A DNA stretch of 63,858 bases, filler included, from Octopus bimaculoides (Eukaryota), in assembly GCF_001194135.2 (NCBI RefSeq). It is 6 parts of 6 records of this genome, joined end to end, with 100 filler letters (N's around TTAATTAATTAA, not from the genome) between each part and the next. Parts side by side here need not be neighbours in the genome. Positions count along the whole stretch, not along the records: positions 1 to 25,995 come from NC_068995.1; 5 more parts are not named here. The stretch is one strand, 5' to 3'. The translations under genes and the position numbers were made by a program. How positions within the stretch are numbered: the stretch's first letter is position 1; every line of letters begins with the position of its first letter. This document shows, piece by piece, positions 13,568-25,807 of the stretch. The notes beneath the pieces were generated by a model that searched no databases, was not told the DNA's origin, and saw only the letters and a program-made list of their open reading frames with translations.

Positions 13568-13815
13568 GTGGAGGTGCGTGGCTTAGTGGTTAGGCTGTCG
13601 GCAACATGATCGTAAGATTGTGGTTTCGATTCCTGGACCGAGCGACGCGTTGTGTTCTTGAGCAAAACACTTCATTTCACGTTGCTCCAGTCCACTCAGC
13701 TGCCAAAAATGAGTCACGCTGCGATGGACTAGCGTCCCGTCCAGCTGGGGAACACATACGCCATAGAAACCGGGAAACCGGGCCCATGAGACTGGCTAGG
13801 CTTTAAAAGGGCGCA
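13567..13815 (+). mobile_element. SINE family C (short 3' variant)
   Basis: ggaggtgcgtggcttagtggttagg..gtttcgattcc tRNA-like head and central gttgctccagtccactcagctg domain. Confidence 0.8.
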
Positions 13816-13869
13816 TTTATTTATTTATTATTGTTATTATCATTATTATTATTGTTGTTATAAATAAAC

Positions 13870-14700
13870 TGGTGAACTAGTTGAACCGTTAGTAGGGGAA
13901 AGTACTTTACGTTCTGAGTTCAAATTCCGCTGAGGTCGACTTTGTTGCCTGTCATCCTTTCGGGATCGATAAATTTAGTACCAGTGAAACACTGCAGGGG
14001 GAGGGGGGCGATGCAATAGACTAGCCCCCCCCCCACTCTCGCCGAATTTCAAGCCTTGTGCCTTTAATAGAAAAACAAAAATCGTATATTAGCTGGCGAA
14101 ATGGTAGACCCGTTAATTCGACAATATTCTTTGCGTAATTCCGTCCGTTTTTACGTTCTGAGTTCAAATTCCGCCGATGTTGACTTTGCGTGACAGTCGA
14201 TAAAATAAGTACCAGTTAGTTACTGGGATCGTTGTAATCTACTATCCCCTCCCGCCAAATTTCAGGCCTTGTGCTTATATTACAAAGGATTATTATTATC
14301 ATTATTGTTAATATATAAGGAGATGAGGTGATAGAATCGTTAGTACGACATAATGCTTAGCGGTGTTTCGTCCGTTTTTACGCTCTGAGTTCAAATTCCG
14401 CCGATGTCGACTTTGCGTGTCATTCTTCGGGTTCGATAAAATAAGTACCAGTGAAGTCTTGTAATCGACTGGCCCCTTCCCTCAAAAAACTGCTGTTTCT
14501 GTATCAAAACTTCAAATAATTATTATATACTTAAAGAAAAGGCGTCGAACTGGCAGAGTGGTTAGCACTCCAGGCAAAACGTATTTCGTCCGTCTTTACG
14601 TTCTGAGTTTGCCTTTCATCCTTCCGGGGCCGATGAAAAAATACCAGTTGTGTACTGGGGTCAGTGTCACCGATTTTCACACAGCATCTACTGCTGGCCC
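13870..14700 (+). mobile_element. Tandem cluster of four diverged SINE family B copies
   Basis: ttacg(t/c)tctgagtt at ~13907, 14153, 14379 and 14597, each followed by gataaa..agtaccagt. Confidence 0.8.
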
Positions 14701-14909
14701 TGTGTCAAGTTTTTAAGACCATTGTTATATACTTCACAGTGGAAATATTACTGTTAGTATTTTCTGGATTTTCAGGTGTACAATAAGCGTAAATTCCATC
14801 ATAATTTAATTAACGTGCGACCTGAAATCCGAGCCGGTTCCTAACCAGCTGGAATAGTTACAGTGGGGGTTCCGCTAGATTCTCCGAATCCAATTTCAAC
14901 TCTGTTCAT

Positions 14910-14944
<35 letters not shown>

Positions 14945-15254
14945 GTTTGTGTTTCTGTGTGCTTGTCTTTCTGTATGTATGTGTGTATGTGTTTGTATGT
15001 GTGTGTGTGTGTATGTGTGCTTTCTTGTGTGTGTGTGTGTGCGTGTGTGTGTGTATATCTGTGTGTGTGTGTGTCTGTATCTGTGTGTGTGTACTTCTCT
15101 ATACTATATTACGTTACACTAAACTTCATTTACATTACAACATAATAACAATCACATATTAATAAAACATCAATCTAAGAATGTATAGCTGTAAGAAAAT
15201 ACCAATCGAAGAGCTAACGTAGCACAATGATATAACAATGCAAAAACAAGGTAA

Positions 15255-15490
15255 GGCGGGGAGGAGCTGGCAGAATCGCTAGAGCGCCGAGCGGAATGCT
15301 GAGCAGTATTTCGTCTGTCTTTAGGTCCTGAGTTCAAATTCCACCGCGGTCGACTTTGCGTTTCATCCTTTCGGGGTCGATAAATTAAGTACCAGTTGCG
15401 TACCAGTTGCGTACTGGAGTCGATCTAATCGACTGGTCCCCTCCCCCTAAACTTCGGGCCTTGTACCTAGAGTAGAAAAGAATATTGAGA
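15255..15490 (+). mobile_element. SINE family B
   Basis: Full head-to-tail match to 12203-12400, with a small internal duplication gtaccagttgc. Confidence 0.85.
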
Positions 15491-15529
15491 TGGCTTCCAA
15501 GGCGGCGAGCTGGCAGAAACGTTAGCAAC

Positions 15530-15665
15530 TCATTTCTAGAGCTGAGTGAACTGGAGCAACATGAAATAAAGTGTCTTGCTCAAGGACAAAACACACAACC
15601 CGGTCCGGGAATCGATCTCACAACCTAGTGATTGTGAGCCCGATGCTCTAACCACTGAACCATGT
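15530..15665 (-). mobile_element. SINE family C-like head and central domain
   Basis: gctgagtgaactggagcaacatgaaataaagtgtcttgctcaaggac..ctctaaccactgaaccatg. Confidence 0.7.
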
Positions 15666-16231
15666 GTAACAATATTAAAACTATAAGAACATAACGATAG
15701 CAAAATGTATTAATATAACAAAATAGAATTACAATATGATAACGAAACAACACAATCACTGCGCATTAACGCCAAAAATATATAATTATGCAACATGAAA
15801 TTAATATTATAACATCAAAAGAACATAAAACAATAACAAACCGTGTTGAGTGTAGAACACAGGAAACATGAATAAAGAAACAATAATATACAAACAAGAT
15901 ACTTAAAAATATTCAATAGTTACACTTTCAAATACATTTTTACATATTTACATACAAGCATGCATTCACACATTCATATGAAGGCATATTTATGCATATG
16001 CATGTATGTATGTATGTATGTATGTATGTATGTATGTATGTGTGTATGTATGTGTGTATGTGTATATCCATGGATGGGGCGGATGGATTACTTTATGTGA
16101 GTATGCGTGGAAAGGTGCATATGTGTAATATAGTATGTATAAAAATACGCTTGATTTTCTGAACATTGGTGTACCTATGGATAGATGGATATATGCATGT
16201 ATGTACGTCCCTATGTTTGTATCTTTGTGTC

Positions 16232-16263
<32 letters not shown>

Positions 16264-16662
16264 TNNNNNNNNNNNNNNNNNNNNNNNNNNNNNNNNNNNN
16301 NNNNNNNNNNNNNNNNNNNNNNNNNNNNNNNNNNNNNNNNNNNNNNNNNNNNNNNNNNNNNNNNNNNNNNNNNNNNNNNNNNNNNNNNNNNNNNNNNNNN
16401 NNNNNNNNNNNNNNNNNNNNNNNNNNNNNNNNNNNNNNNNNNNNNNNNNNNNNNNNNNNNNNNNNNNNNNNNNNNNNNNNNNNNNNNNNNNNNNNNNNNN
16501 NNNNNNNNNNNNNNNNNNNNNNNNNNNNNNNNNNNNNNNNNNNNNNNNNNNNNNNNNNNNNNNNNNNNNNNNNNNNNNNNNNNNNNNNNNNNNNNNNNNN
16601 NNNNNNNNNNNNNNNNNNNNNNNNNNNNNNNNNNNNNNATAAATATAAGTATATATGTATAA

Positions 16663-16721
<59 letters not shown>

Positions 16722-16794
16722 ACTGCTGCATTTGTTGAGTATATAAACAGTTTGGCTACTTGTTTCTCTGGAGACTGTCAGAATGAATGTGGAC

Positions 16795-16837
16795 GCCTCT
16801 GATGAGAACTCAATAAGGTTCGAAAATCGATTAAGGT
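16795..16837 (+). ncRNA. Minimal type I hammerhead ribozyme, canonical core
   Basis: GCCU / CUGAUGA / GAAC-UCAAUAAG-GUUC / GAAA AUCGAU UA / AGGU; stem III AAUCGAUU is palindromic; UUA cleavage triplet. Confidence 0.75.
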
Positions 16838-16840
16838 TGA

Positions 16841-16965
16841 GAGGCAAAGTCAACAGAGAAAGGATAAAAGGCAAAGTTGACAGAGAAAGGATGAAAGGCA
16901 AAGTTGACAGAGAAAGGATGAAAGGCAAAGACAACAGAGAAAGGATGCAAGGCAAAGTCGACTTC
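16841..16965 (+). repeat. ~27-bp minisatellite derived from SINE family B
   Basis: (aggcaaagttgacagagaaaggatgaa) x ~4.5, running into gcaaagtcgacttcggcg..gaactcagaacg, the reverse complement of family B. Confidence 0.8.
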
Positions 16966-17385
16966 GGCGTCAATTGAACTCAGAACGAAGAGTCAGAATA
17001 AATACAGCTACGCCTTTTTCTCGACGCGGTAAAGTTTCTGTCAGCATGGAGAATGTATTAAATAATCATTAGTTTTGATTGTATGGTGAAGTGGAAAATC
17101 TCATAGAAGCTTCGATTTAAAAACAACCATTAAATAAAAAATCGAGATAGAGATAAGAAATTGGGGGTGAAGAGATAAATGGAAAATATAAACATAATAC
17201 ATACAGAGAATAACATTTGCATGTACAAAAAGACAGAATATGCTATTAAAATGATCAAATAATGTATACATGCGATTAAAGACTAAACGGAATTTATTAA
17301 AAATGTATATAAGTCGACAGGAATTAAGTATAAAATATACAAATTTATAGGAGAGAATAATTTGATGAACATTTTTGAAAGATCC

Positions 17386-17420
<35 letters not shown>

Positions 17421-17927
17421 NNNNNNNNNNNNNNNNNNNNNNNNNNNNNNNNNNNNNNNNNNNNNNNNNNNNNNNNNNNNNNNNNNNNNNNNNNNNNNNN
17501 NNNNNNNNNNNNNNNNNNNNNNNNNNNNNNNNNNNNNNNNNNNNNNNNNNNNNNNNNNNNNNNNNNNNNNNNNNNNNNNNNNNNNNNNNNNNNNNNNNNN
17601 NNNNNNNNNNNNNNNNNNNNNNNNNNNNNNNNNNNNNNNNNNNNNNNNNNNNNNNNNNNNNNNNNNNNNNNNNNNNNNNNNNNNNNNNNNNNNNNNNNNN
17701 NNNNNNNNNNNNNNNNNNNNNNNNNNNNNNNNNNNNNNNNNNNNNNNNNNNNNNNNNNNNNNNNNNNNNNNNNNNNNNNNNNNNNNNNNNNNNNNNNNNN
17801 NNNNNNNNNNNNNNNNNNNNNNNNNNNNNNNNNNNNNNNNNNNNNNNNNNNNNNNNNNNNNNNNNNNNNNNNNNNNNNNNNNNNNNNNNNNNNNNNNNNN
17901 NNNNNNNNNNNNNNNNNNNNNTATATA

Positions 17928-17958
<31 letters not shown>

Positions 17959-17971
17959 GTATATGCATATT

Positions 17972-18012
<41 letters not shown>

Positions 18013-18559
18013 ACGTATATAGAAATATACGTTCATATTTATCGAAATATGTGTTTGTATACACTGGAATCCGTATGTTATAATCTCGGTTATTGTTATC
18101 AAAGATTTATTGTTATAAAAATCACTATATTACGCGGATATTTTTATTAAAAATCTTGGAGAAACTGTGTTTCTAAATCTCTTATTTCATCGGTTCATGT
18201 GATTCTACTTTATAAATGGAGTAATCATTGCGACGATAAATGTTAGCAGTGATTCTGTTTCACAACAGTTTAGGACCTCACAAAAATAGTTAAATTGAGT
18301 CATCATTGAAAATATGGTTTGGTAATAGTTTGCGAAACAATATTCAATTAATGGGTTACATTCGTGTAAGAAAGAGCAGAAGAAAAGGGGAAAAAAATTG
18401 CAAAGCAACTGAGGTATGTTAAAACTTTTTCACCGAGTAACGTTTTACGAACTCCCTTCTTCACATCTTTATCAAGCAGGGGAAAGAAACATATTTTTTT
18501 GTGAGACTGAAGCTAGGTTTCTACAATGGTTTATTATCCGTATTTTCATAAATTGTCTC

Positions 18560-18900
18560 TTCCAGTGTGGCTCTCTTTAAATATTTATGTGTAAGTTTTA
18601 TGGAACCTCTTGAAGTAGGCAAGGATTTGACAACAAATGTGATATCACCAATCAATCACTGTTAAGTGAATGTGCAACGCGTTTATTCCCGAAAATATGT
18701 TTCAATTTTAAGTACTATACTTAGTTTAAGTATTTTATATATACCAAAAGCTTTTGACTACCTATAAAAACCCAGTGCCTCTCATGACACCCCCTTGACA
18801 TTTATTGACTCATTGTAAGCTCACAATGGTCGCTAGGAGGCGCTACTCAACAAGCTTAGAACTGCTGGGATTAACATGTTGAAACATCAAGAGAATATTG
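18560..18900 (+). pseudogene. Degenerate CR1/L2-like LINE RT fragment
   Basis: Across frames: NAFIP.. / ILYIPKAFDYL / LLNKLRTAGIN (cf. QHGF, DFSKAFD, LL.KL..GI). Confidence 0.4.
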
Positions 18901-19408
18901 TATAAAAACGCATTTATGGCATGGGTAAAATGCTAGCTTCAATTCATATTTTTTATCATCTGATACATAGAGTTAAATAGTATGGCCGAAAACTATAGCT
19001 GAACATTCTCCTGAGAATATTTAAAACACAGACACGTCATGGCTTTAATTTCTGCGATGCCTGAGCACATTTATATGTTTTTAAAAGAAAACAACAAAGG
19101 ATTTAGATCTTCAAAAGAGTGAGTGACAGGTCTTTGTTGCGCTAATATGAAACGAAAGAGATGAGAGTTTTTAGTGACCAGAAAAATTAAAAAGACTTGA
19201 GAGCATTGGAGGTGTCGTAACTGTCTGCGTTTTATAATGTTAATGATCACTGTTACTTTTAACAGTCGGTTACTTGATTTGAATTTTAATAAAAAGCAAA
19301 ATTTTTTGGTAATTGACAAGTATACAACGCAGAAATAATTCAAAATTCAAAGTATACTCTTGCGTATATGAACATATATATATACACATATATATAAATG
19401 TATGTGTA

Positions 19409-19480
<72 letters not shown>

Positions 19481-19958
19481 TATATGTATACATATTTATA
19501 TATACTCACACACACATACACGTGTACACGCACATATATTTTGTTATATACAATATATACATATATGTATGCTTTTATATATATGCAAAGATACATACAT
19601 ACATACATACGTACACCCCCGCCACACACAGATTACGTACACACATAGGCATAGACGAATTATAAGCCAGTTCGCTTTATTCTGCACAGGTAATATTCCA
19701 GGTTCGAATTAGCTGCAAGGCTTCAAGAGGCGGCAAGTGTAATTTTTCATAGCCTTGATGGGGCCAAGCCAGTATTTGTGAGTAATAATAAGTTGAGGGG
19801 AACGGCATGGGGTCCCCTCTGATGGTCTGTGTATGTAACGTAAAGGAACAGCCTTATCTCACCGATTTGAAACAGTTGTTCTAATTGCAGATGACACCGA
19901 TAGTGCATGTTTTTAATGTACAAATACATGAGTTGATCGCTCGGAAAAGTGAGAAAGT

Positions 19959-19994
19959 CTTTTATGTTTCGAGCATACGCACTTCAACAGAAAG
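19959..19994 (-). ncRNA. Degenerate copy of the CUGUUGA-variant hammerhead
   Basis: CUUU CUGUUGA A GUGC GUAU GCUC GAAAC AUA AAAG; mismatches in stems II and III. Confidence 0.45.
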
Positions 19995-20577
19995 GAATAA
20001 GAGAAAATAAATAGAGAGAGAATAAAATGCTTGTGGATTAAGCGATCAAGCAAGGCGACTGGTTATATATACATATATATATATATATATATACATTCAT
20101 ATGTTTATATAGATATCTTTATATCCATACATGCATACATATATATACAAGTGTGTGTATATANNNNNNNNNNNNNNNNNNNNNNNNNNNNNNNNNNNNN
20201 NNNNNNNNNNNNNNNNNNNNNNNNNNNNNNNNNNNNNNNNNNNNNNNNNNTATATAAAAATACATGCATACATGCATACACACAGACAGACAAACAGACA
20301 GACACACGTATAATTGTCAAATTGTTTTTGCGAAACTTATAGTTTCAGAGTAGATAATTAAAATGCAAAATTTTATAAAAGAAAATTTTATAAAAGAAAA
20401 TACCGCTGTTCCAAATAATAAAAACATTGATAGTTGACGACTTTATCTCTCGATCGTCGTTGTATTACGTTCCTGTATACATTTATAATCATATAAATAA
20501 TCATATATATGTGTGTGTGTGAGTGAATGTGTGTGTACGTATATATATATATATATGTATCTATGTACGTACGTATG

Positions 20578-20631
<54 letters not shown>

Positions 20632-20715
20632 TATATATACAATTTAACTCTTCATTACCATCAATTTGTATATCTATCTATCTATCTATTTATCTATCTA
20701 TATACATACATATAT

Positions 20716-20761
<46 letters not shown>

Positions 20762-21385
20762 TTATATACATATATGTATATATACACACACATATATGTA
20801 TATATATATATGTATTCACACACATAAGGTATAAGAAGATGTGAGGTTTGGCGATCTAAATATAAAACACAAACCCGGAACCCGTTCTCATACAAGGGTG
20901 AATGTGAAATTAGCTGCAGATATTAAATGACAAAACTATTGTAGTGTTCGTAAAACGATTATTAAAAGTGAAAAACATATAAAATGACGTGGAAGAAGGC
21001 CGTAACACTGAAAGTTATTTGAAGGTAATAATAAAACTTTGGGACGGTAAATTTCACGAGAAGCGATATTCGGTTACATAATACTCTCCAAAAAACAAGA
21101 TTATCGACAACAGTAATGATAATAATACGGGGGAGAAAATTATATATCTATATCTTTATGTATGACTTTTCACCCCCACCCACCCATACGCACACGCATG
21201 CGCACGCACACACGCTCACGCACACACATATATGTGTTTATTAGTCTGTTGAACAGATACACACAAGCAGATTACATGTGTCTCCGACCATATGGCATTG
21301 TAGAAAAGTAAATAACATTATACATAAACAGAATAGTGCAAACGCACATGAACACACACACACACGCACACACACAAACACGCAC

Positions 21386-21423
<38 letters not shown>

Positions 21424-21679
21424 GTAAGTGCGTCCGTGTGTGTGTATATGTGTGTTTGTGTGTGTCTATATTTTCACATGCACAAACTAGTTTGATAAAT
21501 GACAACACACGAAACTCTCGGACCTTGAGTCACTCTGTTACTTCTACTCTATATGTTAATAAAATGTATATATATCGATATATATATATATATATTTATA
21601 TATACATATATATATATATGTGTGTGTGTATGTGTGTATATATGTGCATATATATGTGTGTGTGTGTATGAAATCTTTT

Positions 21680-21802
21680 ATTATTTTACTTGTTTCAGTC
21701 ATTTGAGTGCGGCAATGCCGGGGCACCGCCTTTAGTCGAGCAAATCGCCCCCAGGACTTATTCTTTGTCAAGTGACGTTGGGGGACAAACACAGACACAC
21801 AA

Positions 21803-21830
<28 letters not shown>
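21680..21830 (-). mobile_element. SINE family A 3' part
   Basis: ttttacttgtttcagtcatttgagtgcggc..tttagtcgagcaaatcg..ggggacaaacacagac. Confidence 0.8.
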
Positions 21831-21880
<50 letters not shown>

Positions 21881-22467
21881 GATGGGCGTATATACATTCA
21901 TAAATATATTCTCATAAAGACACACTGTCTCATATATACATACATATATACATACATATATACATACATATATGTATAGATTACACATCTGTTTATGTAC
22001 ATGTGTTTGACTGCATGTGTGTTCCATTTGTTTACTGTTCAAATGCAGCGTTATATATTTTGAAGTGCTTTTGTGTCGCGTAAAATAGCGATTAGATGAA
22101 GGGCGATCAGTAAAATTTGTACCAGCTGTATGCGTTGGGGGTGAATATGGTCAATAGACTAAACCCCTGAAGTTTGGGCCCAGCATAGTTGCATTTCGAC
22201 GAATGAAGAGTATAAAAAATGTAAATGAAATACACACACACACACACGGCATTGTAACAACAACAACAACAGCAACTATCATGTACTCAAAAACAATAAA
22301 CACTACTACAAAAGTGAGAACAATGAAAGCTATTACAACTATTACAGCTATTTCTACCCCTTTGACAACAATAAGAACAACAACCACAACAGCTAACATG
22401 CATAAACAACTGTGGCACTACGGCAAACACATTAACACCTTCAACGACTACGATTCCCTGCACAGGA

Positions 22468-22522
22468 AGTAATAATAATAACAATAATAATAATAATAAT
22501 AACAATAATAATAATAATAATA

Positions 22523-22560
<38 letters not shown>

Positions 22561-22638
22561 TGTAATAATAATAATAGTAATAATAATAATAATAATAATA
22601 GTAATAATAATAATAATAATAGTAATAATAATAATAAC

Positions 22639-22684
<46 letters not shown>

Positions 22685-22701
22685 GTAATAATAATAATAA
22701 C

Positions 22702-22739
<38 letters not shown>

Positions 22740-22740
22740 T
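22468..22740. repeat. (AAT)n microsatellite
   Basis: ~270 bp near-pure AAT, the tail of the adjacent minus-strand SINE B. Confidence 0.95.
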
Positions 22741-22741
22741 A

Positions 22742-23105
22742 ATTTCTACTATAGGCACAAGGCCTGAAATTTTGTGGAGTGGTGTGACTCAGTCGATTGC
22801 ATCGACCCTTGTACTCAACTGGTACTTATTTCATCAACCCCAAAAGGATGAAAGGCAAAGTCGACCTTGGCAGAATTTGAACTCCGAACGTAAAGACGGA
22901 CGAAATACCGCTAAGCATTTTGTCCGACGTGCTAATGATTCTGCCAGTAATAATAATAATAATAATAATAATAATCCTTTCTGCTATAGACAGAAATGTG
23001 GGGGAGGGCGATAGTCGATTACATCGAACCAGTGTTTCACTGTTACTTAATTTATCGACTCCGAAAAGATAAAAGGCAAAGTCGACCTCGGCAGAATTTG
23101 AACAA
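22742..23105 (-). mobile_element. Two adjacent SINE family B copies
   Basis: aaaggatgaaaggcaaagtcgaccttggcagaatttgaactc at 22843-22882 and again at ~23065-23102. Confidence 0.8.
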
Positions 23106-23536
23106 GATTGAAACAAGGAAAAGGGAAAAAGATATTTACGACAGCTACCACCACTACCGCCTCCAACTCCACCTCAACAACAACAACAACGACAATAAAA
23201 TCCACAGCAACCCCCGCCACCACCTCTCGCACCACTACCACAACCAACCCACTTTAAAAGTAGCACCAACTATTACAGTAACTATCACAGCCGAGCCATA
23301 GAGTTAGAGACCTTTAAAAACCGGAAGAAGAAATAATGAATGGATGAGAGGCGGGGAAAGAAAAAAATAAAAAAAATAATCAAAAATGGCTACCGATACT
23401 AATAATACTAAAGGGTAAATAAATAAATAAATAAATAGTGGGAGAAAAAGAAAAAAAGAAGCGAGTAGTTTGCTACAGCAGATCATTGTCAGTCAGTAGA
23501 ACGTGAAGACCTCACGGGAACTGTAAGCTTCGTAGT

Positions 23537-24001
23537 ATGAGCTTGGACTTCGCTGCTTATTGGCTGCTGGCTGCTCGGATTTTCGTCCTGTTGGCTCTGC
23601 TCTCTGTTACATCTACGGCAACAAAAACAACAGCAACAACAAAAGTAATAAATGCAACAACAAATGCAATTTTTACTTACAAAACAGCCGCCACAAGCTC
23701 AACACCCAAATCATCAGTTAGCGTAACTTCAGTGCCAACGTCTTTGAAAAGTACAGGATTTTCTGCATCGAGTTCCGATGACAGGTTTTTCAGTTCGACT
23801 GGTGTAACTACAAACAAGACCGAGTCGACAACAACAACAACAACAGCGTCAACATTAACGACAGCATCAAAGAGAAGAAAAAGAAGTAGAAGAGAAAAGA
23901 GATCTAGTGGTTTTACCAACGAATGGGCAGCTCAAATTCCGGGTGGATTAAAAATTGCTCGTCGGGTAGCTCGAAGTCATGGATATGCGATAAAACATGA
24001 G
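23537..24001 (+). CDS. PCSK1: First coding exon of a subtilisin-like proprotein convertase (PC1/3-like neuroendocrine convertase): signal peptide, S/T-rich spacer, start of prodomain
   Basis: ATG, hydrophobic signal (YWLLAARIFVLLALLSV), then FTNEWAAQIPGGLKIARRVARSHGY (cf. PC1/3 FVNEWAAEIPGG, furin FTNTWAVRIPGG). Ends after 155 codons at GAG|GTAAGG, a phase-0 donor at the position equivalent to the convertase prodomain intron. Paralogue choice (PC1/3 vs furin/PC5) rests on ~30 residues. Confidence 0.8.
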
Positions 24002-24155
24002 GTAAGGAAAATCTTTAATAAGTTTTTTTCTTTTGTAATTGTGTCAGGAAATGTGATGATGGTGGTGGTATTGACGGGGCAGGGGGACATTTTGACTTCG
24101 AAGTCCCATACCTTATGAGTAGGTTTGTTCCTTCATTTATGTATGTATGTATGTA

Positions 24156-24212
<57 letters not shown>

Positions 24213-24419
24213 AAATACACACTCACACACACACATTATATGTATATATATATATATTTATTTATACATACATATAAATATATATATATAAATATTTATA
24301 CATATATACATATATATATGAATATACATATAGACATATATAGATATATATAAGTATATATACATATATATATAAATATATATATATATGTAGTTATATA
24401 TACATATATATGTATGTGC

Positions 24420-24464
<45 letters not shown>

Positions 24465-25753
24465 NNNNNNNNNNNNNNNNNNNNNNNNNNNNNNNNNNNN
24501 NNNNNNNNNNNNNNNNNNNNNNNNNNNNNNNNNNNNNNNNNNNNNNNNNNNNNNNNNNNNNNNNNNNNNNNNNNNNNNNNNNNNNNNNNNNNNNNNNNNN
24601 NNNNNNNNNNNNNNNNNNNNNNNNNNNNNNNNNNNNNNNNNNNNNNNNNNNNNNNNNNNNNNNNNNNNNNNNNNNNNNNNNNNNNNNNNNNNNNNNNNNN
24701 NNNNNNNNNNNNNNNNNNNNNNNNNNNNNNNNNNNNNNNNNNNNNNNNNNNNNNNNNNNNNNNNNNNNNNNNNNNNNNNNNNNNNNNNNNNNNNNNNNNN
24801 NNNNNNNNNNNNNNNNNNNNNNNNNNNNNNNNNNNNNNNNNNNNNNNNNNNNNNNNNNNNNNNNNNNNNNNNNNNNNNNNNNNNNNNNNNNNNNNNNNNN
24901 NNNNNNNNNNNNNNNNNNNNNNNNNNNNNNNNNNNNNNNNNNNNNNNNNNNNNNNNNNNNNNNNNNNNNNNNNNNNNNNNNNNNNNNNNNNNNNNNNNNN
25001 NNNNNNNNNNNNNNNNNNNCCTTCGATGTCCCATACCTCACACGAAAAGAAAAGGATGCGGAAGTGGGCGAGAAAGCTGGTAAAAGTTTCAAAACACTGA
25101 AAGTTTTGGATTTTTTTTTTTTTTCAGAATCTTAATTTCCATTCTCGGAATCACAAGAATACTATGAATAAATAAATAAATAAATAAATAATTACCCTTT
25201 TCCTTTCCCTTGATGTGTGGGACTTCGAAGGACAAGTATTCCAAAACTTCGCCGAATCTTCCGTACTTTATTTCTTCCTCATGATGTGTGGGACTTGGAA
25301 ACCGAAACTTAACTGTTGTTCTTTATTTTTTCACTTTCTTTGCATGTTTTGATACCACCCCCACTTTCCACCTCCAACCCTTTCTATGTTGATGCACAAC
25401 AGAGGATCTCAATCGGGGTTATAACGACCCTTGCAGGTCCATATAAGATTCTGTTGTTAAAATCCATCTGCAATAAATTGGTTATAGGTTCACAATACAC
25501 AATATATATTATCAATATTTTGTTTTTCATATAATTCTTAATACGATATAAAATATAATAGGATTTTTTTTAAACATTGAATGGCCATGAGGGTCCGCCC
25601 GAGTAAAAGAGGAATCAAAGGGGCCCACAGCTAAAAGTTAGTTAAGAAACATTAATGTACAACTAACGAGGAAAAGAATATGTAACTTCGTCACTCAGTG
25701 TGCTAGAAATAACTTCCCTAAAATCACACACACACACACACGCACTTACACAT

Positions 25754-25807
<54 letters not shown>

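Noticed and set aside
24002-24118. ORF-track extension of the convertase ORF (VRKIFNKFF...)
   Set aside because: Read-through past a strong GTAAGG donor; homology stops at the donor.
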